This document shows, one piece after another, positions 9,448 to 19,759 of a stretch of DNA of 64,000 bases (positions within the stretch are counted from its first letter, which is position 1; every line of letters begins with the position of its first letter). The DNA is from an uncultured Phycisphaerales bacterium (GTDB lineage: Bacteria > Planctomycetota > Phycisphaerae > Tepidisphaerales > Tepidisphaeraceae). The DNA lies in assembly GCA_963755915.1 (NCBI GenBank), contig CAVWLP010000002.1:2560001-2624000 (forward strand). Direction: 5' to 3'. The notes beneath the pieces are model-generated. The model ran no database searches, had not been told where the DNA came from, and saw only the letters and a program-made list of their open reading frames with translations. A program made the translations under genes and the position numbers.

Positions 9448-11349
9448 ATGCCCGCCACCGACCACGAGCTTCTGCTACAGCACCACGCCGGCGATAAAGC
9501 CGCCTTTGCCGAACTGACCAGTCGCCACATTCACTGGATCTATTCCGCGGCCCTTCGCCGGGCGAAAAATCCACAGCTTGCCGAAGACATCACCCAGGCG
9601 GTCCTGCTGGCCCTGGCCACCAACCGTCGCGCCTTAAGCGCCAAACTTCTCGCCGCCTGGATTTTTGGCGTCGTCCGCTATTCCACCGCCAGCGCTCTCC
9701 GCTCCGAATCCCGCCGCTGGCGTCACGAAACCGCCGCGGCCCAGCTTCAACAATCTCAAAACCCCACTCCATCTGCCATGAGCACAACGCCCGACTGGCA
9801 ATCCCTGGCTCCGCAATTGGAAGATGCCGTCGCGGCGCTGCCCACTGCCGACCGCCAGCTTATTCTCCTTCGCTTTTACCAGCAGCTATCTTTTGCGCAG
9901 GTCGCCTCCGCGCTTGGCATAACCGAGAGCGCCGCCCGCCAGCGTCTGGGCCGTGCCCTGGGCAAACTTCGCGCCCGCTTCCTCGCCGCCAACCTGGCCA
10001 TCTCCGCCGAATCGCTCGGGGGGATCATTTTGCAAAACTGCACGCACCCGGCCCCCGCGCATCTTGCCGCCTCCCCAGCCTCCGCCCATGCGTCCGATTT
10101 ATTCCGATCATGGCTCCGCCATCTTCGCCGCCGGCTCGTCGTGCAATTTGCCACCGTCGCCGCTGCGCTGGTGGTCATCGCGGCGGTCACGACCGAACTG
10201 CTCGTCGATCACCAACCTTCGCCCGCGCGGGTCCAAAACATTCCTCTCACTGAGGCGGCGCCCGCGCCTGCACCAGCACCTGCAACGGTCGATGCCGCAA
10301 CGCGCCCCTCCGACATGACATTCGCCCAGGTCATCGCCGCGATAAAACAAACCGAGCACCTGTTCCAGAACGTCCACGTCAAAAATTTCCAAACCACCAC
10401 TGAACACCAGCCCTCGGGCCAGGTCGCCTGGACCCCCACGCCCGTTCGTTACACAGGCTCCGCATGTTTCGACGCCGACCCCGAAGGGCAAGCCCGGCAA
10501 TACCTGACCTCTGAAGTCCTCCCCCGGGCGAGCGGCACCTCACCCCTTATGGAACAAATCGTCGATCGAAGCTGGGATGGCAAACATTGCGTCCAACTGG
10601 AGCTTGCCCAAGGAAACCTTGGACAATTGCACCGAATCGCAAGCGCACAGATCACGCGCGAGCGGCCGCTGGAACTGGGCCCCTATTACCGGCAGTTTGC
10701 CGGCCTCGGTTTCACCGCGCAGTACTACTTTATGTATGAGGAACTCAGTAATCCTCCACAGCCCCGCCCGACTTTCTCCGAAATGCTTCAATCCTACGCG
10801 AAGCGCCTCGGAAAACCGCCGGACGTTTGGCAGCAGACGATCAACGGCCTGAGCGCCATCCGCCTCCATTACCACCGCGAAGTCCCCGGCAAACTCTCTG
10901 CTGATTTCAGCTATTGGTTCGCCCCCTCCCGCGGGTTTGCCTATTTAAAAGAGGAATCGATCCTGAACGAGCCCAACTTCTCCAAAACCGAAAGCACCGA
11001 CGTCCTCGCCTTCAGGCAGCTCGCCCCCAATATTTGGTTTCCCACACGAGTCACCTGGATCAAGCGAGCCGGCATCAAAGGCGGCTACATGCGCTATACC
11101 TACCGCGCCAACGACATCACCGTGAACGACCCCAACTTCGACCCCAAGATCTTTCACCCCGCCATCCCCACCGCCTGGGTCGTCGACGACTTCACCGGCC
11201 CCGCCCGCCAAAATTATTTCACAATGCCCGACGGCTCGCACCTCCAGCTCCACCCCGGCACAGATATCCCGCACATAAAACCCGCCGTCTCCACCCGTCC
11301 CGACGGCGACGACCCTCCGATCACGCACGAGGGATGGGCAGCGTGGTAG
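9448..11349 (+). CDS. ECF sigma-70 factor fused to a TM helix and large extracytoplasmic C-terminal domain
   Basis: Region 2 AFAELTSRHIHWIYSAALRR..AEDITQAV; region 4 DRQLILLRFYQQLSFAQVASALGITESAARQRLGRAL; TM FATVAAALVVIAAV. Confidence 0.88.
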   Translation: MPATDHELLLQHHAGDKAAFAELTSRHIHWIYSAALRRAKNPQLAEDITQAVLLALATNRRALSAKLLAAWIFGVVRYSTASALRSESRRWRHETAAAQLQQSQNPTPSAMSTTPDWQSLAPQLEDAVAALPTADRQLILLRFYQQLSFAQVASALGITESAARQRLGRALGKLRARFLAANLAISAESLGGIILQNCTHPAPAHLAASPASAHASDLFRSWLRHLRRRLVVQFATVAAALVVIAAVTTELLVDHQPSPARVQNIPLTEAAPAPAPAPATVDAATRPSDMTFAQVIAAIKQTEHLFQNVHVKNFQTTTEHQPSGQVAWTPTPVRYTGSACFDADPEGQARQYLTSEVLPRASGTSPLMEQIVDRSWDGKHCVQLELAQGNLGQLHRIASAQITRERPLELGPYYRQFAGLGFTAQYYFMYEELSNPPQPRPTFSEMLQSYAKRLGKPPDVWQQTINGLSAIRLHYHREVPGKLSADFSYWFAPSRGFAYLKEESILNEPNFSKTESTDVLAFRQLAPNIWFPTRVTWIKRAGIKGGYMRYTYRANDITVNDPNFDPKIFHPAIPTAWVVDDFTGPARQNYFTMPDGSHLQLHPGTDIPHIKPAVSTRPDGDDPPITHEGWAAW

Positions 11350-11733
11350 AAACCCTCCTAGGCACTCATTCCTTCGTTAGGGAGCGAGCGGTTGGATGCC
11401 CCGGTTCTGGCAAACCTGCCGCACATGCATCGCAAGTGTGCGAAGTAGAGTGTCGTCACTTTTAATCCATATATGTAGTCAAATAATGTCAAAATCCCCT
11501 TCTTTGCGTTACCCATTTTGCCCACCTCCCCCATCTTGTTGCGGACTGTCCAGTTTTGTAAAGCATGCCCCAAGCCCCAAAAAATCCTGCCGCAGGCAAA
11601 ACAGATGGTATACCGCCCGCATTTCACCGCGGGCTCGCAGCTTGACACCCCGAGATGCGCAGGAGTAGCGTGATTGGATGAGCAATGCCGAGTTGCTCAT
11701 CCACATTTCTAACCAACCGATCGGAGTCCTCTC

Positions 11734-12129
11734 ATGCGCAACCTCTTTTTGCTTTTGATCGCCGGCTCTTTGCTGGCGGTTGTTTCCGCGTGTTCGTCTT
11801 CGCCGAAACAGACCGATTCGAATTCGATGCAGAATTCGATCTCCGGCATCCTGATCGACCAGTCCTGCGGAGCGGGCATGATGACCAAGGACGATCCCGA
11901 AACAGCCGCGGCGGCTCATCCCAGGTCCTGCGCGATGAAGGAGTCCTGTGCCGCTTCCGGATATGCGGTGATCAGCGGCAAGGAGATGATCAAGTTTGAC
12001 GACAACGGCAACAAGCTGGCCAAGGACTTCCTGGCCAACACCGACAAGACGGACAACCTGCGGGTGACCGTCCAGGGTGTCCGCTCCGGCGATACGATCG
12101 CGGTTACCGCGATCAATCCGGCCAGCTAG
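11734..12129 (+). CDS. Small exported lipoprotein with conserved cysteines
   Basis: GGAG RBS; lipobox VSAC; GILIDQSC...HPRSCAMKESCAASGY. Confidence 0.75.
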   Translation: MRNLFLLLIAGSLLAVVSACSSSPKQTDSNSMQNSISGILIDQSCGAGMMTKDDPETAAAAHPRSCAMKESCAASGYAVISGKEMIKFDDNGNKLAKDFLANTDKTDNLRVTVQGVRSGDTIAVTAINPAS

Positions 12130-12182
12130 CGCGCGTGATGCGCGTTACCGTGCAATAAGGGCGGGACGGAAAAGAGGCGCGT

Positions 12183-13163
12183 GTGAAGGAATTGCCTGAT
12201 GGGGATGAGGCGTGGTGCGGAGTGCGCGCGAGAGTCGGGCTGATTTCGCTGGCGCTGTCGCCGTTTGTGCTGCTGGCGGGGTTGATTGGATTTGGCATTT
12301 CGCAGGGAACGATGCTGGGGAGCCTGCTGGGGGATCTGCTGATTTTTGGCGCGCTGGCGGTGCTTGCGTTTGGGAAAGACGATGGGATTTCGGCCGAAGG
12401 GAGACGGACCTTGCGGTGGGCCCTGTTGGTCGGGCTGCTGGCGCCTGCGGGACTGGCGCTGCATTTTATGCCGGCGGTTTCGGTGCACGGGGGCGGTGGA
12501 AACAGCGTGGTGAGGCTGGATCCTCCGCCGCATCCGATGCCGGCGATTGGGGCGGCGGTGTTGCGTGGGCTCAGCGTCAAGGATGGGGTGATGATTCTAA
12601 AGGAGGACCCGACTCTTGTACCCAATGAACCGTCGCCCTACAGCGCCTGCGACAATCAGGATTGGAACTTTCCCGGGTCGCATTTTGTGGATCCCGACGG
12701 CAATGGAATGGACTTTAAGTTGACGGGCCCGGACCTGCTTCATTTTCAGGACGACCGCGGCGGATTTGCGGACGTGAAGTGGGACGGGACGCAGTTCATC
12801 CTTGTGGCGAGCAACTCGGCCGGGCAGGCGGCCAGCGCGCAGTCGCCCAGCGCGTCGGCGGTGACAACGGCGCGGATGGGGGATGTGCTGCTTATCGTCT
12901 GTCCGATGGTGGCGTGGCTATTCATCACGCGATTCGCCCAGCAGGAGCGCCGCAGTCGCGGGACCGGCGCGTTGCTGGTCGGGGGAATGGTCCTCCAGAT
13001 TATCGCGATTGTCGGGGTGATCTTTGTCGTGACTTCAGAGCCGGCGAGTCTCGACGAAGTTTCGGGGGGATTGCTGGTGCTGTTTTCAGGGGTGATTGTG
13101 ATTTGCTTTGGGCTTGGGGTGGGGATTGCGGCGCCGAGCTTGGTGAGGATCAGCCGTGGTTGA
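12183..13163 (+). CDS. Hypothetical multi-pass membrane protein
   Basis: About 3 N-terminal and 3 C-terminal hydrophobic helices flanking a soluble loop. Confidence 0.6.
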   Translation: MKELPDGDEAWCGVRARVGLISLALSPFVLLAGLIGFGISQGTMLGSLLGDLLIFGALAVLAFGKDDGISAEGRRTLRWALLVGLLAPAGLALHFMPAVSVHGGGGNSVVRLDPPPHPMPAIGAAVLRGLSVKDGVMILKEDPTLVPNEPSPYSACDNQDWNFPGSHFVDPDGNGMDFKLTGPDLLHFQDDRGGFADVKWDGTQFILVASNSAGQAASAQSPSASAVTTARMGDVLLIVCPMVAWLFITRFAQQERRSRGTGALLVGGMVLQIIAIVGVIFVVTSEPASLDEVSGGLLVLFSGVIVICFGLGVGIAAPSLVRISRG

Positions 13164-13244
13164 TCAGCTCCTCGCCGACGCGAAAGAAAATCAGGTGGGG
13201 ATCTTTTCGATTGTCCCGCTTTATGGGTCGTGGACAGCGACGCG

Positions 13245-13390
13245 TTAGACCAGGCTCTTCAGGAACGCATCGAACTCGTCGTCTTTCATTTTCAGGAGGT
13301 GTTTTTCCTCGGGAAAAGCGCCGCTGTGGACATCGGTGCTCAGGGCTTTCAAGGCTTCGACTCGCAGGCGTTGGACGCGTGCCTCAGCCA
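13245..13390 (-). pseudogene. panB: 3' remnant of a ketopantoate hydroxymethyltransferase-like gene
   Basis: RVEALKALSTDVHSGAFPEEKHLLKMKDDEFDAF resembles the PanB C-terminus; no upstream catalytic region. Confidence 0.55.
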
Positions 13391-13475
13391 ATTGGGTCTT
13401 GGCTGGCGTTGCCCCCACATTGTCACACATCGCGGCTTCGGAACACTTTGGAAGCCGACATCGGCAAAATGGGAG

Positions 13476-14691
13476 TCAGGTCAAAAGGCTTAGGGCTGAT
13501 TCTGCGAAGGTGGCGCGCAGCTCGTTCACGTCTTTCGCGGTCAGATCGCGCATGATCAGCGGAAGTTTCTTATCGCGCTTCAAAAAATACCGGAACGCAG
13601 CCAGGAACAAATCCGGCTGCGCGTTGCTTTCAACTTCAAGCGTTTCGGGAAACGATGCATCAAGGATCGTGACGCCTGCATCCGACATTTCCATCAGCTC
13701 CTCTACCCAGCGCAGGACGACAGCGACCGGTGCTTCCCTCGGAAAGCGCTGAGCCACAAGCGAGAGCAGATCGTCGCGCGTGGGAGCGTTCATCAGCAAT
13801 GCAAGGAAGAACCGATGCTCGGGCTCAATGATCGTTGCGCAAGCTCTTGATGACGCTCCGACGGACGTCTTCCCGCAGGGTCGTTGCAACGCCGGCGGCG
13901 ACGTTGCCGTGCTTCTTTTCGAATATCTGAAGCACCGGTTCCCATTGCTCGAGATGCTGCAGAGATTCGATGCAGTGATGCAGGACAGAAAAGCCGCGCT
14001 CGAAGTCCAGGTCGGCGATCATCTCCATCACCCGTTCGACGTATCCGGCGTCATTCGCCTGATCCAGCAAATCGAGCAGTTGCATGCGGCGCATCATGAG
14101 TGTGTCCCTGAAATGCGGATCAATCGCGATGTGCGGCGGCAGGTAATTGAGCTGCGGTCCCGTTCCTGGATCATGTTGCGTGCGCACGACCACCGTGGCC
14201 GACGGTGAATCCAGATGGAAAAGGGAATGAATATCCTGTTGGCCGGAGACGATCGGCACCGTGCGCCCTGATTCCAGGATCTCCATCTTCTTCATCCGAA
14301 GGTTGCCGACGCGGATATAGGGAGTAACTGGCCGGGCCTTTTCAAATTCATAATGTGCGTGAATGCTCGACCCATGCATCACATGAAACGCGCCGGAGAA
14401 TTCGTGTTGATGAATGGCTGTTGTTCCGTCCATCCAAAACAGGAGTTGGATGTAAAACCGCGGATGGCTGTACGCCACCAGTTCGGGTTCTCCGAAAGGC
14501 GAATCGGTCTGAACCGGCTGCTCTTCGCTGAGCAGGAAATCCCGCATGAGGGCAGGAAGTTTCACGATCTTCGCAGGCGGCTGCGCATCCAGCGCCCAGC
14601 AGGCAATGTCCGGGAACTTCGCGAGAGAAAAGTTTTCCCGCTTCCAGCGCTGAAGGACAGTGTCCCCCAACTTTTTGAACAATGCATGCAT
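13476..14691 (-). CDS. Hypothetical protein with cysteine-dioxygenase-like cupin motif (frameshift near 13830)
   Basis: FWMDGTTAIHQHEFSGAFHVMHG...QQDIHSLFHL (HxH...H); ORFs 13825-14712 and 13476-13889 join. Confidence 0.65.
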
Positions 14692-14713
14692 CCGCTCACT
14701 GTACCCCCGCACG

Positions 14714-15988
14714 CTACGGCGACGCCAGTGTCGCAGCCGCGCGCCCAGCGAGGAAGCCCGTTGCCCACGCCCATTGGAAGTTGAATCCGCCGATCCTGCC
14801 GTCGCAGTCGAGCACCTCGCCGGCCAGGTACAAGCCCGAAACTTTCCGCGACTGCATCGTGCGGAAGTCGATTTCGCTCAGCGGAACGCCGCCGGCCGTC
14901 ACCTCCGCGTAGTTCCAACCACGATGCTGCGCAACCGGCAGCACGAGGGCCGTCAGCACGTGAACGAGCGAGCGCCGCAGCCCGCGCGTCAACTGGCCGG
15001 CCACTGTTGCTGGATCAATCCCGGCGTGCCGCAGCAGCGCCGCCGCCGTGCGTTCATTAAGCCGTTGCGACAAATGGGTGAGTATCGAAGCCCTCGGTCG
15101 ATTCGAGGTTGACTGAATTAACCATTGCTCGACCTGCTGAAAGCTCTCGCCGGGCAGCAGGTTGCACAGCAACGTCGGCGCAACGCCGGTTGACTGAGCG
15201 GTTTCGTGCGCCGTCGTCCAGTGTCGGCTCGCATCCATCACCACCGGGCCGCTGATGCCGAAGTGAGTCCAGAGGAGACTGCCGGTTCGATCATCGATCC
15301 GCTTCCCGCCCAGGAATACCGACAACTGCACATCCTGCGAAACGCCGGCAAGTTCAGCGTGAAACATCGGCTGCGACAGGACCAAGGGGACGAGCGCGGC
15401 GTACGTCGGGGTAACGGTGTGGCCCAATCCACGAACGATTTCCCAGCCCAATCCATCGCTGCCGCTTAGCGGGAGCGATCGCCCACCTGTCGAGACGATT
15501 ACCCGCCCACACTTCAACGTCCCGTTGTTGTGCAGGATCTGAAAGGAGTGGTCGGCGTCCGAAGGCGGGCCAATTCCCGTCACCCTGTGGCTCGTCAAAA
15601 TTGTCACCTTCAGCGCATCGCACTCATCCAGCAAAGCCTTGAGCACGACCCGCGCCGAGTTGGCGACCGGAAAGAGTTTTCCCGACGGCTCACGTTTGAG
15701 CTCAACGCCGAGCGACGCGAACCAGCGAATCGTCGCCGCCACATCGAACGCCGAGAGAATATTGCGAACGATATTCTGCGACCCGTTAAAATCTCTGGGG
15801 AATACTTCGTGATGTGTGACATTACATCGCCCGCCGCCGGAGACGAGAATTTTCGCACCGAGCATCTTGGCCCCATCCAGAACAACGATCCGAAGTCCTG
15901 CCGGCGCCGCCTTGGCGGCAAAAATCGCCGCCGCCAGGCCCGCGGCGCCGCCACCGACAATCGCAAGATCCGCGGTATCGCTTTGCAT
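14714..15988 (-). CDS. HI0933/BaiN-family NAD(P)/FAD-dependent flavoprotein
   Basis: IVGGGAAG, KILVSGGGRCNVT, LLWTHFGISGP, AEVTAGGV, GLYLAGEVLDCDGRIGGFNFQWAWATG. Confidence 0.93.
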   Translation of the reverse strand: MQSDTADLAIVGGGAAGLAAAIFAAKAAPAGLRIVVLDGAKMLGAKILVSGGGRCNVTHHEVFPRDFNGSQNIVRNILSAFDVAATIRWFASLGVELKREPSGKLFPVANSARVVLKALLDECDALKVTILTSHRVTGIGPPSDADHSFQILHNNGTLKCGRVIVSTGGRSLPLSGSDGLGWEIVRGLGHTVTPTYAALVPLVLSQPMFHAELAGVSQDVQLSVFLGGKRIDDRTGSLLWTHFGISGPVVMDASRHWTTAHETAQSTGVAPTLLCNLLPGESFQQVEQWLIQSTSNRPRASILTHLSQRLNERTAAALLRHAGIDPATVAGQLTRGLRRSLVHVLTALVLPVAQHRGWNYAEVTAGGVPLSEIDFRTMQSRKVSGLYLAGEVLDCDGRIGGFNFQWAWATGFLAGRAAATLASP

Positions 15989-15989
15989 C
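15652..15989. repeat. About 338-bp direct repeat, copy 1 (5' third of the HI0933-family gene)
   Basis: Nearly identical to 20120-20457 (about 8 mismatches by eye). Confidence 0.92.
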
Positions 15990-16505
15990 GGCAGAAATAC
16001 CAAAGAGAATCCAGGCACAGGCAACCGGCAGAAGGGCTATGCAATCACCGGCAGAAAACAGGAGGCTTGTTCCAGTCACCGTACTGGAGTTAACTGCCAA
16101 GCGATGAGAAGTGTAATCGTGCGGGCGGGACGTTCAAACCGATTGGTGGTATTGGGGCCAGCGGGACGCCAGTGAAACTCGCAATCGCGTTTTTCGAGGG
16201 ATTTCGCGGATTTCCTGCCATTTTGACGCGGGCGTTTGCTCTGCTCGTGCAAAGTAAATTCGAGAGCGCCGCCGTCCGACGCTCGGTATGTTGAGGAGGT
16301 CCAACGCCCCCGCAGCCGTCGGAGTTGTACGCGACGTTTCCGCCGCTTGATGCAAGACCTCCGGCCGGCGCGCCTTGCCGTGCGCGATAGTACCGAGGAA
16401 CGATACTGGCCGAATACTCCTATGACTGCGTTCAAGCTGAAAAACCGGCCGCGCAGCGTGGGCCGACACTGATTTGCCAATTCACGGCTGCGCGGCTCGG
16501 TGCGG

Positions 16506-16961
16506 CTATCGCGAAACGCCAATCTTCGCGACCATTTGATCCACCATGGACGTTTCCGTCTCGGTGGGGGACCAATCCTGGCCCAGGCCGCCGACGAAAC
16601 GGCCGTTCACCTTGACCCTGAAATAATTCTCATCACCGGCGTGCTGCGTGAATTCCACCGCCAGAACGTGCGGATCAAGGCCCAGCGCCTCGATACATGC
16701 GTCGAAAATCGCCGCCGCCAAACGCTCCCGCTGCTCCGGTGGACGGCCGCGGCGAACTTCGCAGCTCACCACGGCTCCGGGCACCGGCTCGGCATCGCGA
16801 CAACGCCACATGTTGCCTTCTCCCAACTCTCGGAAGGCAACCGCCACGAGGTCGGGCGTGGTCTGCATGATCTCGGCGTACAGATTTCCCAATTTCCGCG
16901 CCAGATCACGCTTCACGGCAAACGGATAACTCCTCGGCAGGTCCAGTTGCAGGTACGGCAT
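16506..16961 (-). CDS. Tautomerase/MIF superfamily protein
   Basis: Catalytic Pro1 (MPYLQLD), two beta-alpha-beta units, EVRRGRPPEQRERLA; AGGAG RBS. Confidence 0.85.
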   Translation of the reverse strand: MPYLQLDLPRSYPFAVKRDLARKLGNLYAEIMQTTPDLVAVAFRELGEGNMWRCRDAEPVPGAVVSCEVRRGRPPEQRERLAAAIFDACIEALGLDPHVLAVEFTQHAGDENYFRVKVNGRFVGGLGQDWSPTETETSMVDQMVAKIGVSR

Positions 16962-17035
16962 AACAATCTCCTTTTCAGGTGCAGGCTTGCACCTTTACTG
17001 TCCCGTCAATCACGCCCATCACGCGACGGGCTAAG

Positions 17036-17075
17036 TTGACAGTGTCAATATATCGGCAGATATGGGCAGTGTCAA
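17036..17075 (-). promoter_or_regulatory. sigma70 promoter overlapped by tandem TetR operators (tautomerase gene)
   Basis: TTGAC-AGT-GTCAA (17036-17048) plus a degenerate site 27 bp away; minus strand TTGACA-17bp-TATATT. Confidence 0.8.
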
Positions 17076-17118
17076 CGTATAAATCAAAAAAATACTGGCA
17101 CGCGTTCCAACCAGGCCG

Positions 17119-17766
17119 TCAGCGCCGCATCATCCCCTGGCAGACGATCCGCGACAGCTTTTCAGCCAGATGGTCCAGCGCCTTGCGCGGAATCGCCGGC
17201 AGCCGGTCCAGCGCCAGCATCGTCAGCCCGTGCACCGCGGACCATGCCGTCAGCACCGCCGCCTCGAGCTCCTCTTCACGCTTCATCGTGCTGGAGAAAA
17301 CGCCTTCGTGCGCCCCCCGGCGGAGAATCGATTCCAGCACCGACCGGCTCTGGCCGGCCGCCTGAAGCACCACGTCGGGACGTCCCTCAACGCCGGCTAG
17401 CTCGGAACTGAACATGAGGCGGTAATATCCCGGATTTTCCAGGCCAAATCTAACGTACGCAACGCCGCACTTGATCAGCGCCTTGTCGGGTGGATTATCA
17501 GCGGAAAACGAAGCTTGGAGCTTGTCGCGCAGGGCATCATATCCCGCGGCCGCAACCGCGGCCAGCAATTCGCGCTTGTCGGTAAAGTGGTTGTACGGGG
17601 CGTTGTGGCTGACACCGGCGCGGCGGGCCACCTCGCGCAGCGAAAAGGCCCAATTCTGCTCCTCCGTGACCAGCGCCATTGCAGCGTCAACCAGCGCCCG
17701 ACGCAAATCCCCATGGTGATACCCATCCGCCGCCGCAGTCCTGGTTGCTTCATTCATCATCGACAA
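17119..17766 (-). CDS. TetR/AcrR regulator with WHG-type C-terminal domain
   Basis: YHHGDLRRALVDAA, SLREVARRAGVSHNAPYNHF, AWSAVHG. Confidence 0.93.
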   Translation of the reverse strand: MSMMNEATRTAAADGYHHGDLRRALVDAAMALVTEEQNWAFSLREVARRAGVSHNAPYNHFTDKRELLAAVAAAGYDALRDKLQASFSADNPPDKALIKCGVAYVRFGLENPGYYRLMFSSELAGVEGRPDVVLQAAGQSRSVLESILRRGAHEGVFSSTMKREEELEAAVLTAWSAVHGLTMLALDRLPAIPRKALDHLAEKLSRIVCQGMMRR

Positions 17767-17778
17767 TTATGCGAGATA

Positions 17779-17797
17779 ATATTGACATTGTCAATAT
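17779..17797. promoter_or_regulatory. TetR autoregulatory operator
   Basis: ATATTGAC-ATT-GTCAATAT palindrome immediately upstream of the tetR start. Confidence 0.8.
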
Positions 17798-17926
17798 ACA
17801 CGAATTTAAAGGGACACAACCCCGGCGACCTGACCGAACAGCTCCGCACCCTCATCAGCGTGAGCAAGGCCTATAAAGCAAACGCCCGCGATGGCTAAAA
17901 ACCGTCGCGGGCGCTGTGCTATTTTT

Positions 17927-17966
17927 CCCCCTCTCCCACTAGTCTGGGAGAGGGTTGGGGTCAGGG
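17927..17966. repeat. REP-like palindromic element
   Basis: CCCTCTCCCA..TGGGAGAGGG-TTGGGGTCAGGG, matching the widespread CCCTCTCCC/GGGAGAGGG intergenic repeat type. Confidence 0.6.
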
Positions 17967-18068
17967 CCGAGCTCGAACTGGATGAATCGCACTTTGCCAT
18001 CGCTTCCAGCCAGCGTTTCCCAGCATCCGTATGTGCGGCAATTCGAGACCAAGCAGATCGGCTTCGCA

Positions 18069-19676
18069 TTATTGCGAAACCGCGCCGACCGGCACCAGTG
18101 GCGGTGGCCCCTGGAAGGTGGCTGAATCCTTTAAGGCCTTGGCAACTTCCGGCACCGGCGCGTAATTGCGCAGTAAAAGATAGAATGGACCTCCAGGCGC
18201 AGGCAGCCAATTTGCTTCTCGGTCCGGGCCCGGATCGTTCTGTTGGACGTAAAGCGTGATCGATCCGTCCGGATTCGCCTTGAGATCGTCGTCGCTCCCG
18301 AGGGAGTACCGATTGATCGGATTGGGAACGGTCAGCGAGGTGCCGCTGTCATACATGGTTAGCGACCAGAAACCAGGCGGTATCGGCTTGGCATATTGCA
18401 TATCCCCCGTCAATCTCAACGTGTATTGCCTCTTTCCGGTCAACGGCTGCGCGTTGGAGTCCAGAAGTCCGGAATAGTAGATTGCCTCCACAGGTGTATT
18501 GGCCGTAAGGCCAAACACCGCGACGGCGGCGCGCGACAGGTAGTCGTTACCGGCGAAACCCACATTGTACGGGGGGATAACCCATCCGTTGGCAAATTTC
18601 CCACCAAGGGGGAGGCATCCCACGAGCGTCGAACCGATCTCGCTGGCGGCCTCCTTCATTTGCTCCCGGATCAGCGGATTCACGCTTTCGGGCGTCCACT
18701 GTTTGCCCAACTCGATTCCCAGGTACTTGAACTGCGGTAGAACCGCCTCAATCTCGTTCTGGGGCGGCGGGTTTTCGTTCATGGCCGCTGAGAAGATCGA
18801 CCAGAATTGCAATGGGTCGTCAAACTTCATCTGGCTGCTGGCGACTTTCGGATCGATCATAGGCGACGGGTAATCGTACGTCAGTGCTTCCGGCGCGGGC
18901 CCACCATTGTATTGTGCCAGCCCTTGCACTGTAATTGCCTCCAGCACTTGCTTGGCGGCCGCAAGATCCGCTTCATCCTTCACATGCACGCGCGGTTGAA
19001 GTTCAACCCAGCGGGTCGGGCAGTCGATTCGTGTTACGCCGGCCGGCAACTGGCCGTTCCAGCCGCGTTCCACCAAGGCGAATTTGCCCCCCTTGTAACC
19101 CGTGGCCGTACCGCCTGCGTAAGCGAACGCATTCGTCCACATGTCAACAAGTTCGACCATATAGTAACGCCCGCCGGAGTCGGGAACGCTGAGGATGAAG
19201 GGCTGCTGGCCGAGGTCCAGAAAACCGAAGCGGTACAGCGTATTCACATTCGGCGAAACGTACCCGGCCTCTTCGGCCATCTTTGGCGTTGCGATGTCCT
19301 CCAGACGCCAGATTTCGCCGGGTGGCGCCTTGGCATTGGCTCCGATGCACACCGTTTGCCGCAGGTTGTACATCGCCACGATCGGAGCGCCGTAGGTTGC
19401 GGCTTGAAAGGCTAGCGAGCGAACCCATCCCGTCATGGCCGCCAATTGCTGGGGCGACACCTGAGGATGATTTGCGGAACCCGCTTGCGCGGGGTTAGGA
19501 ATCCCGGATTCGACAACATTGGGTTGGTTTACATTTCCGACGCTCCGCGCGATAGCTGCGCCGTCCCCCAGTCCGCCGCACCCCAGCGCCAAAGCAAATG
19601 GGATGCTCGGAAGCAGGCAGAGCGCAGTCACCTCTCTCAACCTCGGGAGCCGATGTTTGAAATTACCGATTCTCAT
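18069..19676 (-). CDS. DUF1254/DUF1214 domain lipoprotein
   Basis: SPNVNTLY, GRYYMVELVDMWTNAF, DYLSRAAVA, GFWSLTMYD, NWLPAPGGPFYLLLRNY; lipobox LALGC. Confidence 0.88.
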   Translation of the reverse strand: MRIGNFKHRLPRLREVTALCLLPSIPFALALGCGGLGDGAAIARSVGNVNQPNVVESGIPNPAQAGSANHPQVSPQQLAAMTGWVRSLAFQAATYGAPIVAMYNLRQTVCIGANAKAPPGEIWRLEDIATPKMAEEAGYVSPNVNTLYRFGFLDLGQQPFILSVPDSGGRYYMVELVDMWTNAFAYAGGTATGYKGGKFALVERGWNGQLPAGVTRIDCPTRWVELQPRVHVKDEADLAAAKQVLEAITVQGLAQYNGGPAPEALTYDYPSPMIDPKVASSQMKFDDPLQFWSIFSAAMNENPPPQNEIEAVLPQFKYLGIELGKQWTPESVNPLIREQMKEAASEIGSTLVGCLPLGGKFANGWVIPPYNVGFAGNDYLSRAAVAVFGLTANTPVEAIYYSGLLDSNAQPLTGKRQYTLRLTGDMQYAKPIPPGFWSLTMYDSGTSLTVPNPINRYSLGSDDDLKANPDGSITLYVQQNDPGPDREANWLPAPGGPFYLLLRNYAPVPEVAKALKDSATFQGPPPLVPVGAVSQ

Positions 19677-19759
19677 TTGTCACGTCCTTTCCTGTTTTCA
19701 ATCTCGATCGTCCCGGACGCGACGGCGAATTACCGGCGCTACGATCCGCGACCTCTATG

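Noticed and set aside
16030-16500. Possible small gene or ncRNA between the tautomerase and flavoprotein genes
   Set aside because: ORFs in several frames lack an RBS, typical composition or recognisable motifs; no RNA family recognised
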